From Raja brachyura (lineage: Eukaryota), in assembly GCA_963514005.1 (NCBI GenBank), contig OY740795.1, positions 27,590,001 through 27,654,000 on the forward strand: a stretch of DNA of 64,000 bases, given 5' to 3'. Shown in pieces: positions 22,600-35,458 of this stretch. A program made the position numbers and the translations under genes. Position 1 is the first letter of the stretch. Each line of letters begins with the position of its first letter. The notes under the pieces were generated by a model that worked only from the letters and a program-made list of their open reading frames with translations, was not told the origin of the DNA and did no database searches.

Positions 22600-24576
22600 A
22601 AATTATCTCATGCCATGATACACTCACGCATGATGTAGATGATGTAGTGGCTTTAGCACAGTTGCTAAATCTGGAAAGAATCCTGCACAGAACTGCACCA
22701 TCCCAAGGAATGATCGTAGCTCTGACATTATTGGGTTTAGAAGCATTCACTATAGCTTCAACCTTTGCCTTCACAGGGTGATGTCCATTGGCATCTACTT
22801 TGAGTCCAAGGTAGAACACCTCTGACTGCGCAAATGCACATTTACTTTGTCGCAGTTTGACATTGTGGCAGTTCAGTCATGTGAGAACTTGCTCAAGGAT
22901 TTCCAGATGTCCTACCAGGCCCTCTGTGAATATCAGTAGGTCATCCTGGTTGCACACACACAGTGCGGAATGCCTTGTAACATTTTGTCCATGACAGACT
23001 GGACATTTTTTGGGGAGGATTTCACACCATGGGCAGCTTTGTATATGAATACAAGCCCTTATGTGTGTTGATAGTCAAGTACTGCTGGCTTTCCTTGTCG
23101 ACATTAAGTTCTTCCTCCACTTGGTGCTTTAGTGCATATGGTACAGGTCTTGGTCGACAATACACAGATCCCACATCTTGCTTAAGTCGAATGTATGGAG
23201 AGTACCCTGTTATTCCCGTGTAACTTTCGGCAAGCATTTCTGCATGTTTGCTTATGACGTTTTCAAGATGTGATTTGGACAAAGTGACGTTGAAAATGTT
23301 CTTCCAGTCTAACTCTATTCTACTCAGCCTATCCTTTCCAAGGACGGTTGGTTTATTTCTGTCGCTGGCCACTATAATGGGCAGTGTTACTGACTGACCA
23401 TTATGCTGAACTTTACAGTTAATTTGTCCACATGTCTCCAAAACTTCGCCCGAGTAGGTTCTCAGCTTGACCCTACTCTCAAACAATGATATCTGTGGGA
23501 ACTTTGTTTCGTATAGGTCTTTGCTCACGACCGAACAACCTGCTGCTGTGTCAATACACATACCGATTAACTGTTCATTTTTCAATAGTTTAGTTAAAAA
23601 GTCCTTGCCTTGGCTGGTTGTAGGGTTATCGATGTTGGTTGCATAAATGGTGTACAACCCAAGTTCATTTCCATCTGGGTATACCTCCAAGTTGCGGACT
23701 CCTCTCTAGTGTTGTCGCTTGATTCCCGCAGATTGTTGGTTTCCAGTTTTAAGCTTGGCCCGACATGCTGAGGCGATGTGGCCTTTCTTCTGGCAATTAT
23801 AGCACTTGACAATTTTGAACTGACAAAATTGGGATGAGTGATTACCGTTGTAACATTAACAACTGGCTGAACTTGGCTCCCTGCCATACTTTGGTTTTGG
23901 TTTAGCGCCTCTTGGTTTGGCCATAGGCACTGCCTTGTGACTGTAAATGGCCACTGCAGTCTGTGGTGGACGAAACTCGGGAGCATTCTTTGATGCCATC
24001 TCCATTGTGGTCGCAATCTTGCATGCTTTCTCAAATGTAAGATCTGGAGTGTTCATGAGTTTGGACTGAATTCGTTCATCCACTAGACCACAAACAAATC
24101 TGTCACGTAGTGCGCGTCCGAGAAAGGTTCCAAAGTTACAGTGCAAACTTAAGTTTTTCAAGGCAAACTTGAAAACTTGAAGTTTTTCAAGTCTCAGTCT
24201 GCTTCTGTTTCTAGAGCCAAATTTATAGCTTTCTGCAAATTCCAGAGGCTTTGGGTTGAAATGCTCCTCCAACTTTCATAATGTCATTGAATGGCACGTC
24301 TTTCGCCTTCATGGGCACATGGAGATTCACGTGTGTGCCGTACACTTCAGGACCGATCTCCGTGAGCAGAATCATTATCATGCGTTCGCAAACGGCCTTA
24401 TTTGTTTTAGTCACTATCTCTCCTTCACCACTAATCTCCATTATGTTGTTTGCCGTGAAAAACATGTTTGTTCTCTCCATACAGGAGCTGAACGGCTCTC
24501 TAGGCATAAGTGCCAAGGTTTCCGATATAGCCCGTGGATGCTGCCATCGTGTTGTTCTCTTTTTTAAAAAATCCAT
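22600..24576 (-). pseudogene. Gypsy gag-pro-RT remnants
   Basis: Frameshifted ORFs 24223-24576, 23856-24272, 23022-23690 and the start of 21845-22819. Confidence 0.9.
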
Positions 24577-24916
24577 TCAAAAACCCCGATTTCCTGTCTG
24601 TTCTGATGTAACAATTCACCAAAAACTTAGCTGTACAAAGGCTATTCAGCTTGAAGAACTCGACAAAAAAAAATCTCATACAATCCCAAGGACGGCATCT
24701 TGCCACATAGACACAACATAGAGATAGCCTGACAAACTCTTGATGATTTGTCCAGCTGCCGTTTTAAACTTCAGCCCCCTGCATAGAAGGATCTGAAGCC
24801 TATCGCATTCAGCTCGCAAACAACTGCGACATAACTCAGTATTTACTGTTTAAACTGTTAAAAAATACTGCATGTTGCAAAACAGTCCTGCACTGTATTT
24901 AAAGTTCACAAATGTT

Positions 24917-24931
24917 ATCCCATCCTCGTCG
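24917..24931 (-). promoter_or_regulatory. Primer binding site, tRNA-Ser(GCU)
   Basis: + strand ATCCCATCCTCGTCG matches the recalled 3' end of vertebrate tRNA-Ser(GCT); lies next to the 5' LTR; CCA-complement mutated. Confidence 0.8.
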
Positions 24932-24938
24932 ATAATTT

Positions 24939-25082
24939 TGTTATATTCCGGACGGCAGAATGAATAACAACTTGCACGCTAGTTGCCTGGATCACGAGAG
25001 AGAGATTTATTACCCAACATTCCCTGCTGATGTTGAACACCGACTCATTAACATGTACATGAATATGCATAAATACATTACA
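24939..25082 (-). repeat. 5' LTR (144 bp)
   Basis: Direct repeat of 20950-21095, followed by TSD ATAAT. Confidence 0.95.
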
Positions 25083-26219
25083 ATAATAGAATAAACATTT
25101 GTTCTAAGTGAATTTCAGTAATAGACCGTCTTGCACAATTAAGTTTTAAATATAATTTAAGCATGGAGCATCACCTAAACTCTGTAACTTATTTTGACAC
25201 ATCATGATTTGACTGATATCATGATGGATCACTGATTATAATGTCTACCTGCATGTTCTATTAAAATTGTGATTGTCCGAAGATTATGTCAGCAGTTTGA
25301 TATTTCAATTTATTGTCAGCAAACATTAATAGTTTCTTCCCTGGCTGCTTGAAAAACAACCTTGATGCAATATTCCAGCCAAATGAGAATGAGATAGTTC
25401 TGGCTTTGAATTTGAATTATGAAGTCAGGAGAATTGGATACATTGTGGATAACTACACAAAAAGTGATTTTATGGTCACTGAAGTAAATGTGTAATACAA
25501 GATGATCGGGATAATGGATAAAGAAGTTGGTATGGGACAGGAGCTAGAAATAATAGAAATAATGATTTAAAGTATTCCCTGACTACATAGTAATTTAATC
25601 AGTAGAAAACTGAGCTTAAGAAATAGAAAAGGATTATGTCTCACATTTGAGCAAGGGACTTCGGGCTTCTATTGGTTTAAAAAATAATAATTATTGAATA
25701 TTTTTCTATTTATTTTGTCATCTATGCGTACTGTGTTTACAGATCTGTTATGCTGCTGCAAGTAAGAATTTCATTGTTCTGTTTTTAGTACACATGTCAA
25801 TTACACACTCTTGACCCTTTTGAGCTTTGCCTTTCAACAATATCATGACCGACCTTTTACTTCACTTCCATTTTACCACATCTACTGATATATACTTATT
25901 CCCTTTACATTCCACAATATTTCAGAGCGTTGATGGATTCACCAGGGCCCTATATAATTAGAGTGTATTTCTACCCTTGTGCTTACTTCCTCTTGCAATA
26001 AAGGATGACAATTTGCTTTCTCAATTGTTTGCTGAAGCCGCAAGTTAATTTTCAGTTATTTGTGGACATAGACACTCAAGTCCTTCTGAACACCAACTCG
26101 TTTCAGTCTTTTATCATTTAAAAAAATACCTTTTCCATTTTCTGCATAGAGCTGGCGGGATGACTTTACATGAACATTTATTTTGGTTCCCATTCCTAAC
26201 AACTAGTAAAAACTACTCT

Positions 26220-26522
26220 CACACACCCACCATGATGTAGTGCTCTCTTTCTATCGCCTCCAGACTATTTTCTATGGGAAAGAGTCCTCGTCTCCCAGTG
26301 CAAACCTATTCTCCCGTATCTAACATTCACCCTCCTTCTGGACTCCCCTCCCCCTTGCCAGCCCTTTACCCTCTCTGGATTTTATAGAAGTCTGAAGTAG
26401 GGTATTGACCTGAAAAGTCACCTGTCCATTTCTTCAGAGTTGCTACCTGACCTGCTGAGTTACTCCAGCACTTTGTGTCTTTTGTGTATTAACCATCATC
26501 TACAGTTCTTTATTTCTACTTC
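26220..26522 (+). mobile_element. Penelope-like pLTR with degenerate hammerhead core
   Basis: AGTCTGAAGTAGGGTATTGACCTGAAAAGTCACC followed by the family tail. Confidence 0.65.
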
Positions 26523-26834
26523 TTCACCCATTCACCTTCCTATGAAGAGAAACCTGAAGAGTATTGATTGCTGTATCTTTCTCATGATAAATGATTCTTA
26601 TGCTGGATGATTGTGTACTAAAATATTAAGCTGAATGTACGTAGAGATACAGTGCGGAACGAGGCCCATCAGCCTCCAAGTCCACACCAACCATGCTTTT
26701 GTATCCATTCGCTCCATCACAGGGCAATTTACAGAGGCCAATTAACCTGCAAAGCCACACATCTTTGGGATGTGGGAGGAATCCAGAGCACCCAGAGGAA
26801 ACCCACACAGTAACAGGAAGAGCGTGCAAACTCA

Positions 26835-28960
26835 TAAGTTCTAGGAGCACAATAAGGACATACGGCCCATCATGTCTACTCCACCATTCGGTCATGACTG
26901 ATCTATCTTTCCCTATCAACCCGATTCTCCTGCCTTCGCCCCATAAACCCTGACACCCTTACTAATCAAAGATCTGTCAATCTCCGCCTTATAAATAACC
27001 ATTAACTTGGCCTCCGCAGCAATGAATTCCACAGATTCATCACCCTCTGACAAAATAAATTATTTCTCATCTCATTTCTTAAGATACATTCTTTTATTTT
27101 GAGGCTATGACCTCTGGTTCCAGTGGAAACTAGAACCACTAGTGGAAACATCCTCTCCATATTCAATCTATCTAGGCCTTTCACTATTCAGTAAGTTTCA
27201 ATAAGGTCCTCCCTCATACTTCTAAACTACAGGTCCAGTGCCTTCAAATGCTCATCAGATGTTAACCAAATCATTCCTGGAATCATTCTTGTAAATCACC
27301 TCTCCAATGCCAGCACATCCTTTCTCAGATATGGGTCCCAAAACTGCTCACAATACTCCAAACGCAGTCTTACCAGTGCATTATAAAGCCTCAGCATTAC
27401 ATCCCTATTTTTGTATTGTAGCCCTCTCAAAATAAATTGCATTCGCTTCCCTACTATCAAATCACCTTACAAATTAACTTGAATCCTGCATCAGCACTCC
27501 CAAATCACATTGCATCTTCAATTTCTGAATTATCTCCCCATTTAGAAAATAGTCTACGCCTTTATTCCTACAACCAAAATGCATGGCTCAACATTTTGCT
27601 ACACTGTGTTACAGTGCATTCAGAAAGCATTCGGACCCCTTCACTTTTTCCACATTTTATTACGTTAAAATAGATTACGTTATTTTTTTTATCATCAATC
27701 TACAAACAATACCCCAGAATGAAGAAGTGAAAACAGGTGTTTAGAAATTGGTGCAGAGTAATTAAAAATAAATAAGTGAAATATCACATTAACATAAGTA
27801 TTCAGACCCTTTGCTATGACATTCAAAGCTTAGGTTCACCCTGTTTCCATTGATTATCCTTGAGATGTTTCTACAACTTGATTGGAGTGGTAAATTAAAT
27901 TGATTGGACATGATTTGGAAAGGTTCACACCTGTCTAGATAATGTCCCACAGTTGGCAGTGCACGTCAGAGCAAAAACCAAGGCATGAAGACGAAGGAAT
28001 TGTCCATAGACCTCCGATACAGGATTGCGTCGAGACACAGATCTGGCGAAGGGTATAAGACAATTTCTGCAACATTGCAGATCCCGAAGAGCACAGTGCC
28101 CTCCGTCATTCTAAATGGAAGATGTTTGGAACCACCAGCACCGCCCAGCCAGAGCCCAGACTTGAACCCGATCGAATACAGACTTGAGGCTGTAATCTCT
28201 GCCAAAGGTGCCTCAACAAAGTACTGAGTAAAGGGTCTGAATACTTATGTAAATGTGATATTTCAGTTATTTCTTTTTAATTACTTTGCAAAAATTTCTA
28301 AACACCTGTTTTTGCTTTTTTATTATGGGGTATTGTGGATAGATTGATGATAAACAAAATTAATTTAATCCATTTTAGAATAAGGTTGTAGCGTAAGAAA
28401 ATGTGGAAAAAATGATGGGGTCTGAATACTTTCTGAACGCACTGTACATTGCTACCTTGACGCATATAATGAATATCTTATTTTTAACAAATCCTTGCTG
28501 GAGTCCATATGATGTTTATATAAACAACTAAGGTCTTGCCTTCTTCAAAAACTCAAATAAATTCAAAAGCCACAATCTCCTGTGTACACAATCATGCTTG
28601 ATTATCCCTAATCAGCCCCTGACTATCCAAATGCATTTATACTTTATCCCTCAGAATTCTCTTCAATAACTTACCTACCACAGACGTTAGCCTCACTGGT
28701 CTATAGTTCCCAGGCTTTTCCTTGCAGTCCATTTAAATCGAGCCACAACATTAGCCACTGTTCAGTCATCTAGCACTTCACTCGTGCGTAAAGATAATTC
28801 ATATATCTCAGCAAAGGTTGCCAGTTTGTGCTCTAGCTTCCCACAGTATCCTCGGATATCTCTGATCAGGCAGAGGAGATATACCCTCCTTCAGCTGCTC
28901 TAGGACGTACAGTGCCTACTTGACCATAATACAGACTGCCCTGAAGATATATTCGTTAAC
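26835..28960 (-). mobile_element. Degraded CR1 LINE fragments interrupted by Tc1
   Basis: Minus ERMFPL..TRGHSL..QRVMNLWNSL; RT-region sequence resumes after 28450. Confidence 0.75.
27612..28444 (+). mobile_element. Tc1-family IR/DR transposon, internally deleted
   Basis: TA TSD; about 200-bp TIRs starting CAGTGCATTCAGAAAG with inner and outer AAGTATTCAGACCC direct repeats; remnant ORF 27985-28227 with paired-like HTH, PSQSPDLNPIE and AKGASTKY. Confidence 0.95.
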
Positions 28961-29091
28961 TATCCCAAGTTCCCTAGCCTAGTTCCCAAGTTAGTTAGAC
29001 TTGGCGCTGCAAATTCGGGTATTAAATGTTCTTTTACAGATAGATACTGGAAGTAAGAATTAGACATAACTATGCCTCTATAAAGAGAAGT

Positions 29092-29260
29092 AGAAACAAG
29101 GAACTGGTTTACAAAAAAAGATGCAAAGTCCTGGAGTAACTAAGAGGGTCAAGCTCCAAGTCAGACTCCCAGTCTGAAGAAGGATCCTGACCTGAAACAT
29201 CACCTATCTATATTCTGAGAAGCTGCCTGACCTGCTGAGTTACTCCAGCCTTTTCACTGC
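29092..29260. mobile_element. Fold-back Penelope-like pLTR insert
   Basis: 10-bp TSD AAAGAGAAGT (29082-29091, 29261-29270); core AGTCTGAAGAAGGATCCTGACCTGAAACATC. Confidence 0.8.
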
Positions 29261-30057
29261 AAAGAGAAGTCCAGCATCTTGAGCCTGAGGATAAGTAACT
29301 CCATTCTTTCTGGGACAGTTCAGATTGAAGGGTCCTGAAACAAGATGTGCAAACGGCAGGAGGAAGTTTAAAGTTCAGTTAGCTGCAAAATGGGAAATAA
29401 ATAGAGGGAAAGGGAGATTTGACTAAAAGAGGGGCAAATATCAATGGATTTTCTAAATCTCACAATTCTAACAAAAAAGACTGAGATTCTGCAGTGGTTA
29501 AATTTTCAGTTCCATAGAAATTGTTTGGCAATACTCCATTCTCAAAAAAAGAGGTTTGAATAGAAATAGACAAGCAACCAACTGGTGATATTAGTTTATA
29601 CCTGCCTTGCACATACATCAAATTCAACCCACTTTCTCCATGTGAATGGTGCCTTGAAGATCGAGATCCCATCTCCATGAAGCTAACGACAAAGCCAAAC
29701 AGCAACTTTTGAATACTTGACTTAAGCCGTTTGTTTCTCTAGCTCTGAAGTTGCCGTACCATTTGCACATAAATCTCTGCCAGCACATTAGTATTTTGAC
29801 AGGAAAATCTGGGTCATTTATCATAAACCTGATAATGTGCACAATATGTTATGACTTGTTTTAAAATTAGGGGGGAAAAAAATATCTGAAATTTTCCATG
29901 TTATGTTAGCGCGTGTTAAGATTTATAGTTCTTTTTTGTTTTAACAAATTCCAGGCTGGCCCTTAAGATGTTGGCTTCACATGTCTCTTGTCACGGGTTC
30001 AAATCACAGTAAAAGTTAATGTAATAATTTGCTTAACAACATGTTATGAGTTTAGTT

Positions 30058-30360
30058 AAGCCCCTGTCCCACTTTCACGACCTAATTGGCGACCTCTGCC
30101 GAGTTTGCCCTTGACTCATACTCGCAGCATGGTCGCCACGAGGTCATAGGAGATCTTGGTAACTCTTCCCCGTGCTCGTGAGTGGTCTCTGCGTACTCGT
30201 GGCCTCAAGTAGGCCCCGGCGTTTTTTCCAGACGATAAAAAATGTCCACGAGTAAATAAAAAGTTGGCATGAGAAAATTGATACTTTTTACTCGTAGGTG
30301 GGTCGTAGTAGGTCGTGATGGTAGTCGAAGATAGTCGTAGGTCGGTAACTGGCCCGAGAA
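30058..30360. mobile_element. Probable PIF/Harbinger-like non-autonomous element (one end only)
   Basis: TAA then GCCCCTGTCCCACT terminus; CpG-rich interior with GGTCGT/ACGAG repeats; similar terminus at about 5255; second TIR not found. Confidence 0.35.
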
Positions 30361-30529
30361 AAAAAATGCAATCATGACATCATTTTATCATATGATCATT
30401 TTATTTTGAAACTTGTGCACAGACCAAATTGCTTGTTGAAAACTAACATTGCGTACTTCCAACTCATTGTGTCTCTTTGCTTACACCCAGTCCATGCACT
30501 AAACACTTAACATCAGCCTTATCCTGAAA

Positions 30530-30624
30530 TGTCTGAAGAAGGGTTCCAACCCGAAACGTCAAATATATTTCTCCAGAGATGCTGCCTGACCTGCTGGGTT
30601 ACTCCAACACTTCGTGTCTATCTT
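30530..30624 (+). mobile_element. Penelope-like mini-insert with intact hammerhead core
   Basis: CTGAAGA-A-GGGT-TCCA-ACCC-GAAA-CG-TC at 30533-30560; TSD CTTATCCTGAAA / CTTATCCTAAAA. Confidence 0.8.
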
Positions 30625-30913
30625 CTTATCCTAAAAAACTTCTGGATATTAAATGTTGGGCCTACAATTACCCTACATAATCTAAGTGGCATCCTAAAAA
30701 TGCAGTAGACAGCTGCAAGAGTGAATTATTTTCAGCACTTAAGATACTACTTGGTGCAGATGTATCTGTGAAAATCAATATGGCATATAACAATGTAGGC
30801 CATTTAGTATCTTAATATCAAGGGAGGGTTGCATAACTCTGCCACATGTCAATTCAGCGCCAACTCAATCCCTTTTTCTGTTTCTATGACCTGTGGACAT
30901 CAGCTAATCAATG

Positions 30914-31042
30914 TCTGAAGAAGGTTTCTGACCTGAAACATCATCGATCCCTGTTCACCAGAAATGCTGCCTGACCTGCTCAGTTATTCCAGTACTTTGT
31001 GTCATCTTTTGTAAAGCGGAATCTGCAGTTCCTTGCATCCAC
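30914..31042 (+). mobile_element. Penelope-like mini-insert
   Basis: Begins TCTGAAGAAGGTTTCTGACCTGAAACATC; TSD AATCAATG (30906-30913, 31043-31050). Confidence 0.8.
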
Positions 31043-33764
31043 AATCAATGATTCGTGTTGGAAGCTTCTTGCTGCCGCTTTCATGATTCTGGTGATGCAC
31101 AAACTAAACCAAAGGCCTAGGTGCTGAAACATCAAAATTTGACACAATAATACTTTATTCACCAGCTGTCCATATCATGATTATGGATTCAATGTGAACA
31201 ATACTCTGTGAGCATATATTGTGTGGCAGCAATACATAACATGGGTAATTGGATTAGTTATGGTGGGAACAGCATCTGAATCTTATCTTCAGAATATTTC
31301 TAGCAAGGAAAATCTGTTAAAAATTCATAGGATGCCACAGCTTAAAAAAAAAAATTAATTTGTCATTTGTCCATGGTACAATACATTAGTTTTAGATAGC
31401 GTAATGGTGCAGAACATTGGAGTACCCATTGGGTACCATGTGTGTTTATACGCAATAATTCTCATCCAAAATCACTGCCCTTATTGCTTTGGCAAATAAA
31501 TGTTAGAAACAAATGACAGCAAGAAAGAAGGGAAGTATTGGAAGTATCCCGAAACAGGTCCCATGTACCTTCGTGCCTGCTGTTACCTGTCAGATGTTGC
31601 TAGGCAGAGATTGGAGATAATTTGCCCATTTCCTCTGTTGTGATTCTGGATTCACCCCACTGTAAAAAGTGTTTGAATCAAATAGAACACTCTGAACCCA
31701 GATAAACTAACATTGTACCTTTTTGTTTTAATACAATCCAGATTTGAAGCAAAGAAAAGATGGGAAACAAAAAGTAACATGGGCTATATGTGAAGTCGTG
31801 ACACAGGATGAAAATTAAGTGAGCATTGAGATGTGAAACACTTGACCTGCACTTGCACTCTCAATCCAATCTCAAGGGAGTCATCTGGAAGCACTTTACA
31901 AGAATATAACAATGATTGTGCCCTGCTGCTTCCATAGCTGCACATTAACCGATTGAGAATGATTTAGCCTTCAAGTGCTTAAAATTTGAACATGGTCAAG
32001 GAGCTTGAAAGAGGATTTTGCCATTCTATAAATAACCTTAAGCAAGCCCTGTCGTATCTTTTGGTGACACAATTTCGTAACATGGACAGTAAAATGATAA
32101 TTATTTCTGCCTCCTCGCAAGCTCAGCCACTGTGAGCTGTGCTTACAACTGGAAGGCTGTATTTTCAAGCCTCGAGATTCTCTGTGAGATAGAATCGTCG
32201 CCTATGTGAGGTGAACTTTATCTGTCCCTGTATTGCCATGTCATGGGCATTTCACTCTGAAGAAAGGAAAAACTGCACTGCGTTTCTTGAACTATCTTGA
32301 TCACTCAGTCACTGAAATTAAAAGCGTTAGAAGATCGCTGTGGAAAAGAATATTCAATCATCTGACTGGAATATTAAGCATGGAGAACTTTTTTTCTCAT
32401 TAAATAATTGCTTCAGTTTAGTGTGTTCCAGATAACCTGTTTATACATATTATGTGCACTATTTCAGCAAGATATAGATTGATCAAATTGTTATACTTCC
32501 TTCTATAACAAGCATATTTTGTTGGTTTGATGGATTCTTTGCCAACCTACCCTTTTCTGTATATAAGTTGGAAATGATGTTTTGTGTGGTGGGGGGGTGG
32601 TAGAATTATACCATGTAGTTATGTTAGTAAAAATACCAACTGTTTAATACATAAATGAATAAATCGAACAAAATTAGAACATAATACTTATGTGAAAATA
32701 ATTGATAAATTAATTTACAGACTAACAGGTAGGTTTATTATTTGTTCAATACAAGGTAGTCTCTGTTACAGTCGCAGAAAATGTTTGACATTTTTATTCA
32801 TTGAGGGAAAATAATACAAAGTGAAATTGATTTTTTCCCCCTCTCTTCCATTCAGTATGGCATAAATAACGTTTTAAAGTGAATTTCTCATTCTTTACAT
32901 ACCATTGAAGGAGGCCGTTTGGCTCCTATGCCAGCTCCCATTCTCCCACTTGTTTCTTGTAACTTATTGCCCATCAACTTCTTTCTGTTTCTCCTACTAT
33001 TTACCTACACAAGCAGTGGCCAATTAACTTACCAAGCGGCACATGCTTGGAGGAAAACTGGGGCAGCTGGGGGAAAATCCACATATTTACACAGGGTGCA
33101 TGTAAACTCCAAACAGGCAGCACCAGAGGTCAGAATCGAACCAAGGTCATTGAAGCTGGGAGGTAGCAATACTATCTGCTGTCATACCGCGTGTATTGCA
33201 GAAACCTAACCCGAGCTCCTTCTTCAGAAAAACATGACAAGCATGTCTACATTGTAAATATTCTCAGGTTTTATAATGGGTACCTTACAGTCCCACTTCA
33301 ACGCCTGAGCATATAAACTTGACTGATGCTTCACTTGGATTTCGTCATCAAAAGTATCACCTCTCTGTAATAAAGGAGCTGTTCACGTGCATCTGTACAA
33401 TTTCATAGCAATAATGAACAGGCTTGAGATCCTGAGCAAACTTTATTCTTGAACTAACTTCACAAAGTCTTGCTGGTTGGCTACTGAGACCTGTTGTTCG
33501 TGTCTCCAGAAAATACAGTATAATCAACTAGATATTTCCAATATATGCTATTTTTACTCCACTTTACATATCACAGAGGAAATACTTCATTTATATCAAA
33601 AACTATGTTTGAATCCAGCATTTGGAAATGAAAAGTAAATATCATGCACAATAATGTTAACCTGCGCTCTCTATTTCTAAATGCAACAAGGATGTTGACG
33701 TGCACACCAATTATGTTTTCACCTTGTTACTAGCATATTCTATGTACTGTAAGATTATTGTCGA

Positions 33765-34318
33765 TTATAGGACAGTACAACACAGGAACAGGCCTTCGGC
33801 CCACAATGTCTGTGCCAAACATGATACCAAGACCAACATTTATTTGTGTTCACATAATCCATATCTCTCCATTTCCTGCATATCTATGTGCCTATCTAAA
33901 ACTCACTTAAATGCCACTATTGTATCTGCCTGCACCAGCAGCGCAGTCCAGGTACTCACCACTCTCTATGTAAACTTGTCGTGCACATCTGTTTTAAACT
34001 TTTCCCCTGTCACCTTAAAGCCCTCTTGTGTTTGACATTTCCATCCTGGGAAAAAGGTTCTGACTGTCTACCATAAATATGTCTCTCATAATTTTATATA
34101 CTTATGTAAGATCTCCACAAGCTCTGGTGTTCCAGAGAAAACAGTCTCAAGTCTGTCCAACGTCTCCCATAGCTAATACCCCCTAATCCAGGCATCATTC
34201 TGGTGAACCTCATCGGCACCATCTCCAAAGCATCCACATCCTTCTTGCAATGGGCCGATCAGAACTGCATACAATACTTCAAATGCGGCTTAACCAATGC
34301 TTATCAAGCTGAATCATT
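33765..34318 (-). mobile_element. Degraded CR1 3' fragment
   Basis: CAGGAACAGGCCTTCGGCCCAC 3' UTR and CAGAACTGCATACAATACT RT C-terminal sequence. Confidence 0.75.
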
Positions 34319-35122
34319 GTGGTACAAAGTTGTGGATATTGTGAACCAGATGAAACTGGGGCCCTGATATTTCCACTTTGTTTTAAGGCAGAACATCAAA
34401 CTCCCATGCTTCTTCATCCAACGTTCTCTGAAAATTGCCAGAAGCTGGGCTGTCTGCAACAACTAATTTACCTTCTGATTGGAGTAATCCTTTCTACTAC
34501 CTTAAGGGCGAGTTCAGGAGTGCAATGAAATACTGTCCACTTGCCGGGATGAATGCAGTTTCAACAAAATTCTAAGATTGGCACCATCTAGGACAGAACA
34601 ATTTCTTGATCTGTACAACGCATCCTCTTTCGACAGAACACTCCTCCAATCCAGCTCAAAGAAACAGAAGAACGTGGTGCAGGCTTGCTCTACAGTGTAC
34701 AGAATTTAAAAGATGTTTTGGACACCGTAACTCAAGACTCCGCAGTGTGCATGTGTACTCCTGCTCACAAAGATTTAAAGATGGTGATGGAATAGTTTGT
34801 TACCACTTGCTATCGTATCTAATTTTTTATTCACTTCAATACTCTAAAGCCATCTTGTAACCTGTAATCACTGACTCAACTAAGCAGCTGACATTTTTTT
34901 TCAGATTTATAATTGTCAATGCATGTTAAATTTCTATAGTGTGGAGGAATGGAATTGTTTTCATTCTTGATCAGACCATCAGATCCTGTGCCGGGGAAGT
35001 GTTCCATCTGAGAACGGAAAGAATTGCATTTGCCTAGCTTTTACTTTACATTATACGGCCTTGTTAGTTATCACACATCAGCATTGGTGGCAGCTGAGAA
35101 CAGGGTTTCTGGCCTTGCTTTT

Positions 35123-35136
35123 GCACCACCTGCAGG
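35123..35136 (-). promoter_or_regulatory. Possible CTCF site
   Basis: Minus strand CCTGCAGGTGGTGC matches 12/14 of CCASYAGRKGGCRS, in unique sequence. Confidence 0.25.
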
Positions 35137-35237
35137 GCAGTTTAAAATGGGAGAAAATGGGATGAAGAAGTTTTTGATAAATGCCCTTTACTGGAAGGAT
35201 CTGGTTGAAAGGATTACACATTTCATTTTTTTTCCAG

Positions 35238-35335
35238 ATAACCGAAGACGCCGTAATCTTAATGTTAGCAATGCTCGTCACTTGATGTCTTCTTCTCGTG
35301 CTGTATTCCATTCCAGGGGAAACCACATTGAGTAG
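35238..35335 (+). CDS. Candidate terminal exon
   Basis: Strong acceptor TTTCATTTTTTTTCCAG|; CpG-retaining; phase-1 frame DNRRRRNLNVSNARHLMSSSRAVFHSRGNHIE*. Confidence 0.25.
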
Positions 35336-35458
35336 CTGGAATGTGGCTCTTTTTGTTGATAAGCTGATTTATTTGTCTGTTTGTTATATATATTTAAATC
35401 TGAAACTGCAGTTCCCATACTCACATGCACACACACAGACATACACTTACATATATAT

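Larger units (their letters stand above)
20950..25082 (-). mobile_element. Gypsy/Ty3 LTR retrotransposon, internally deleted and decayed
   Basis: TG..CA LTRs at 20950-21095 and 24939-25082; 5-bp TSD ATAAT; PPT next to 21096; PBS 24917-24931; gag (DRFVCGL), protease (CIDTAA) and RT remnants (RPVPYALK, TINTHKGLY, YLGLKVD); no integrase seen. Confidence 0.95.

Noticed and set aside
21845-22819. 324-aa ORF, the longest in the window
   Set aside because: Chance read-through from a Gypsy RT remnant into a nested CR1 RT; not a host gene.
24917-24931. tRNA-Ser sequence match
   Set aside because: Only 15 nt next to an LTR; it is a primer binding site.
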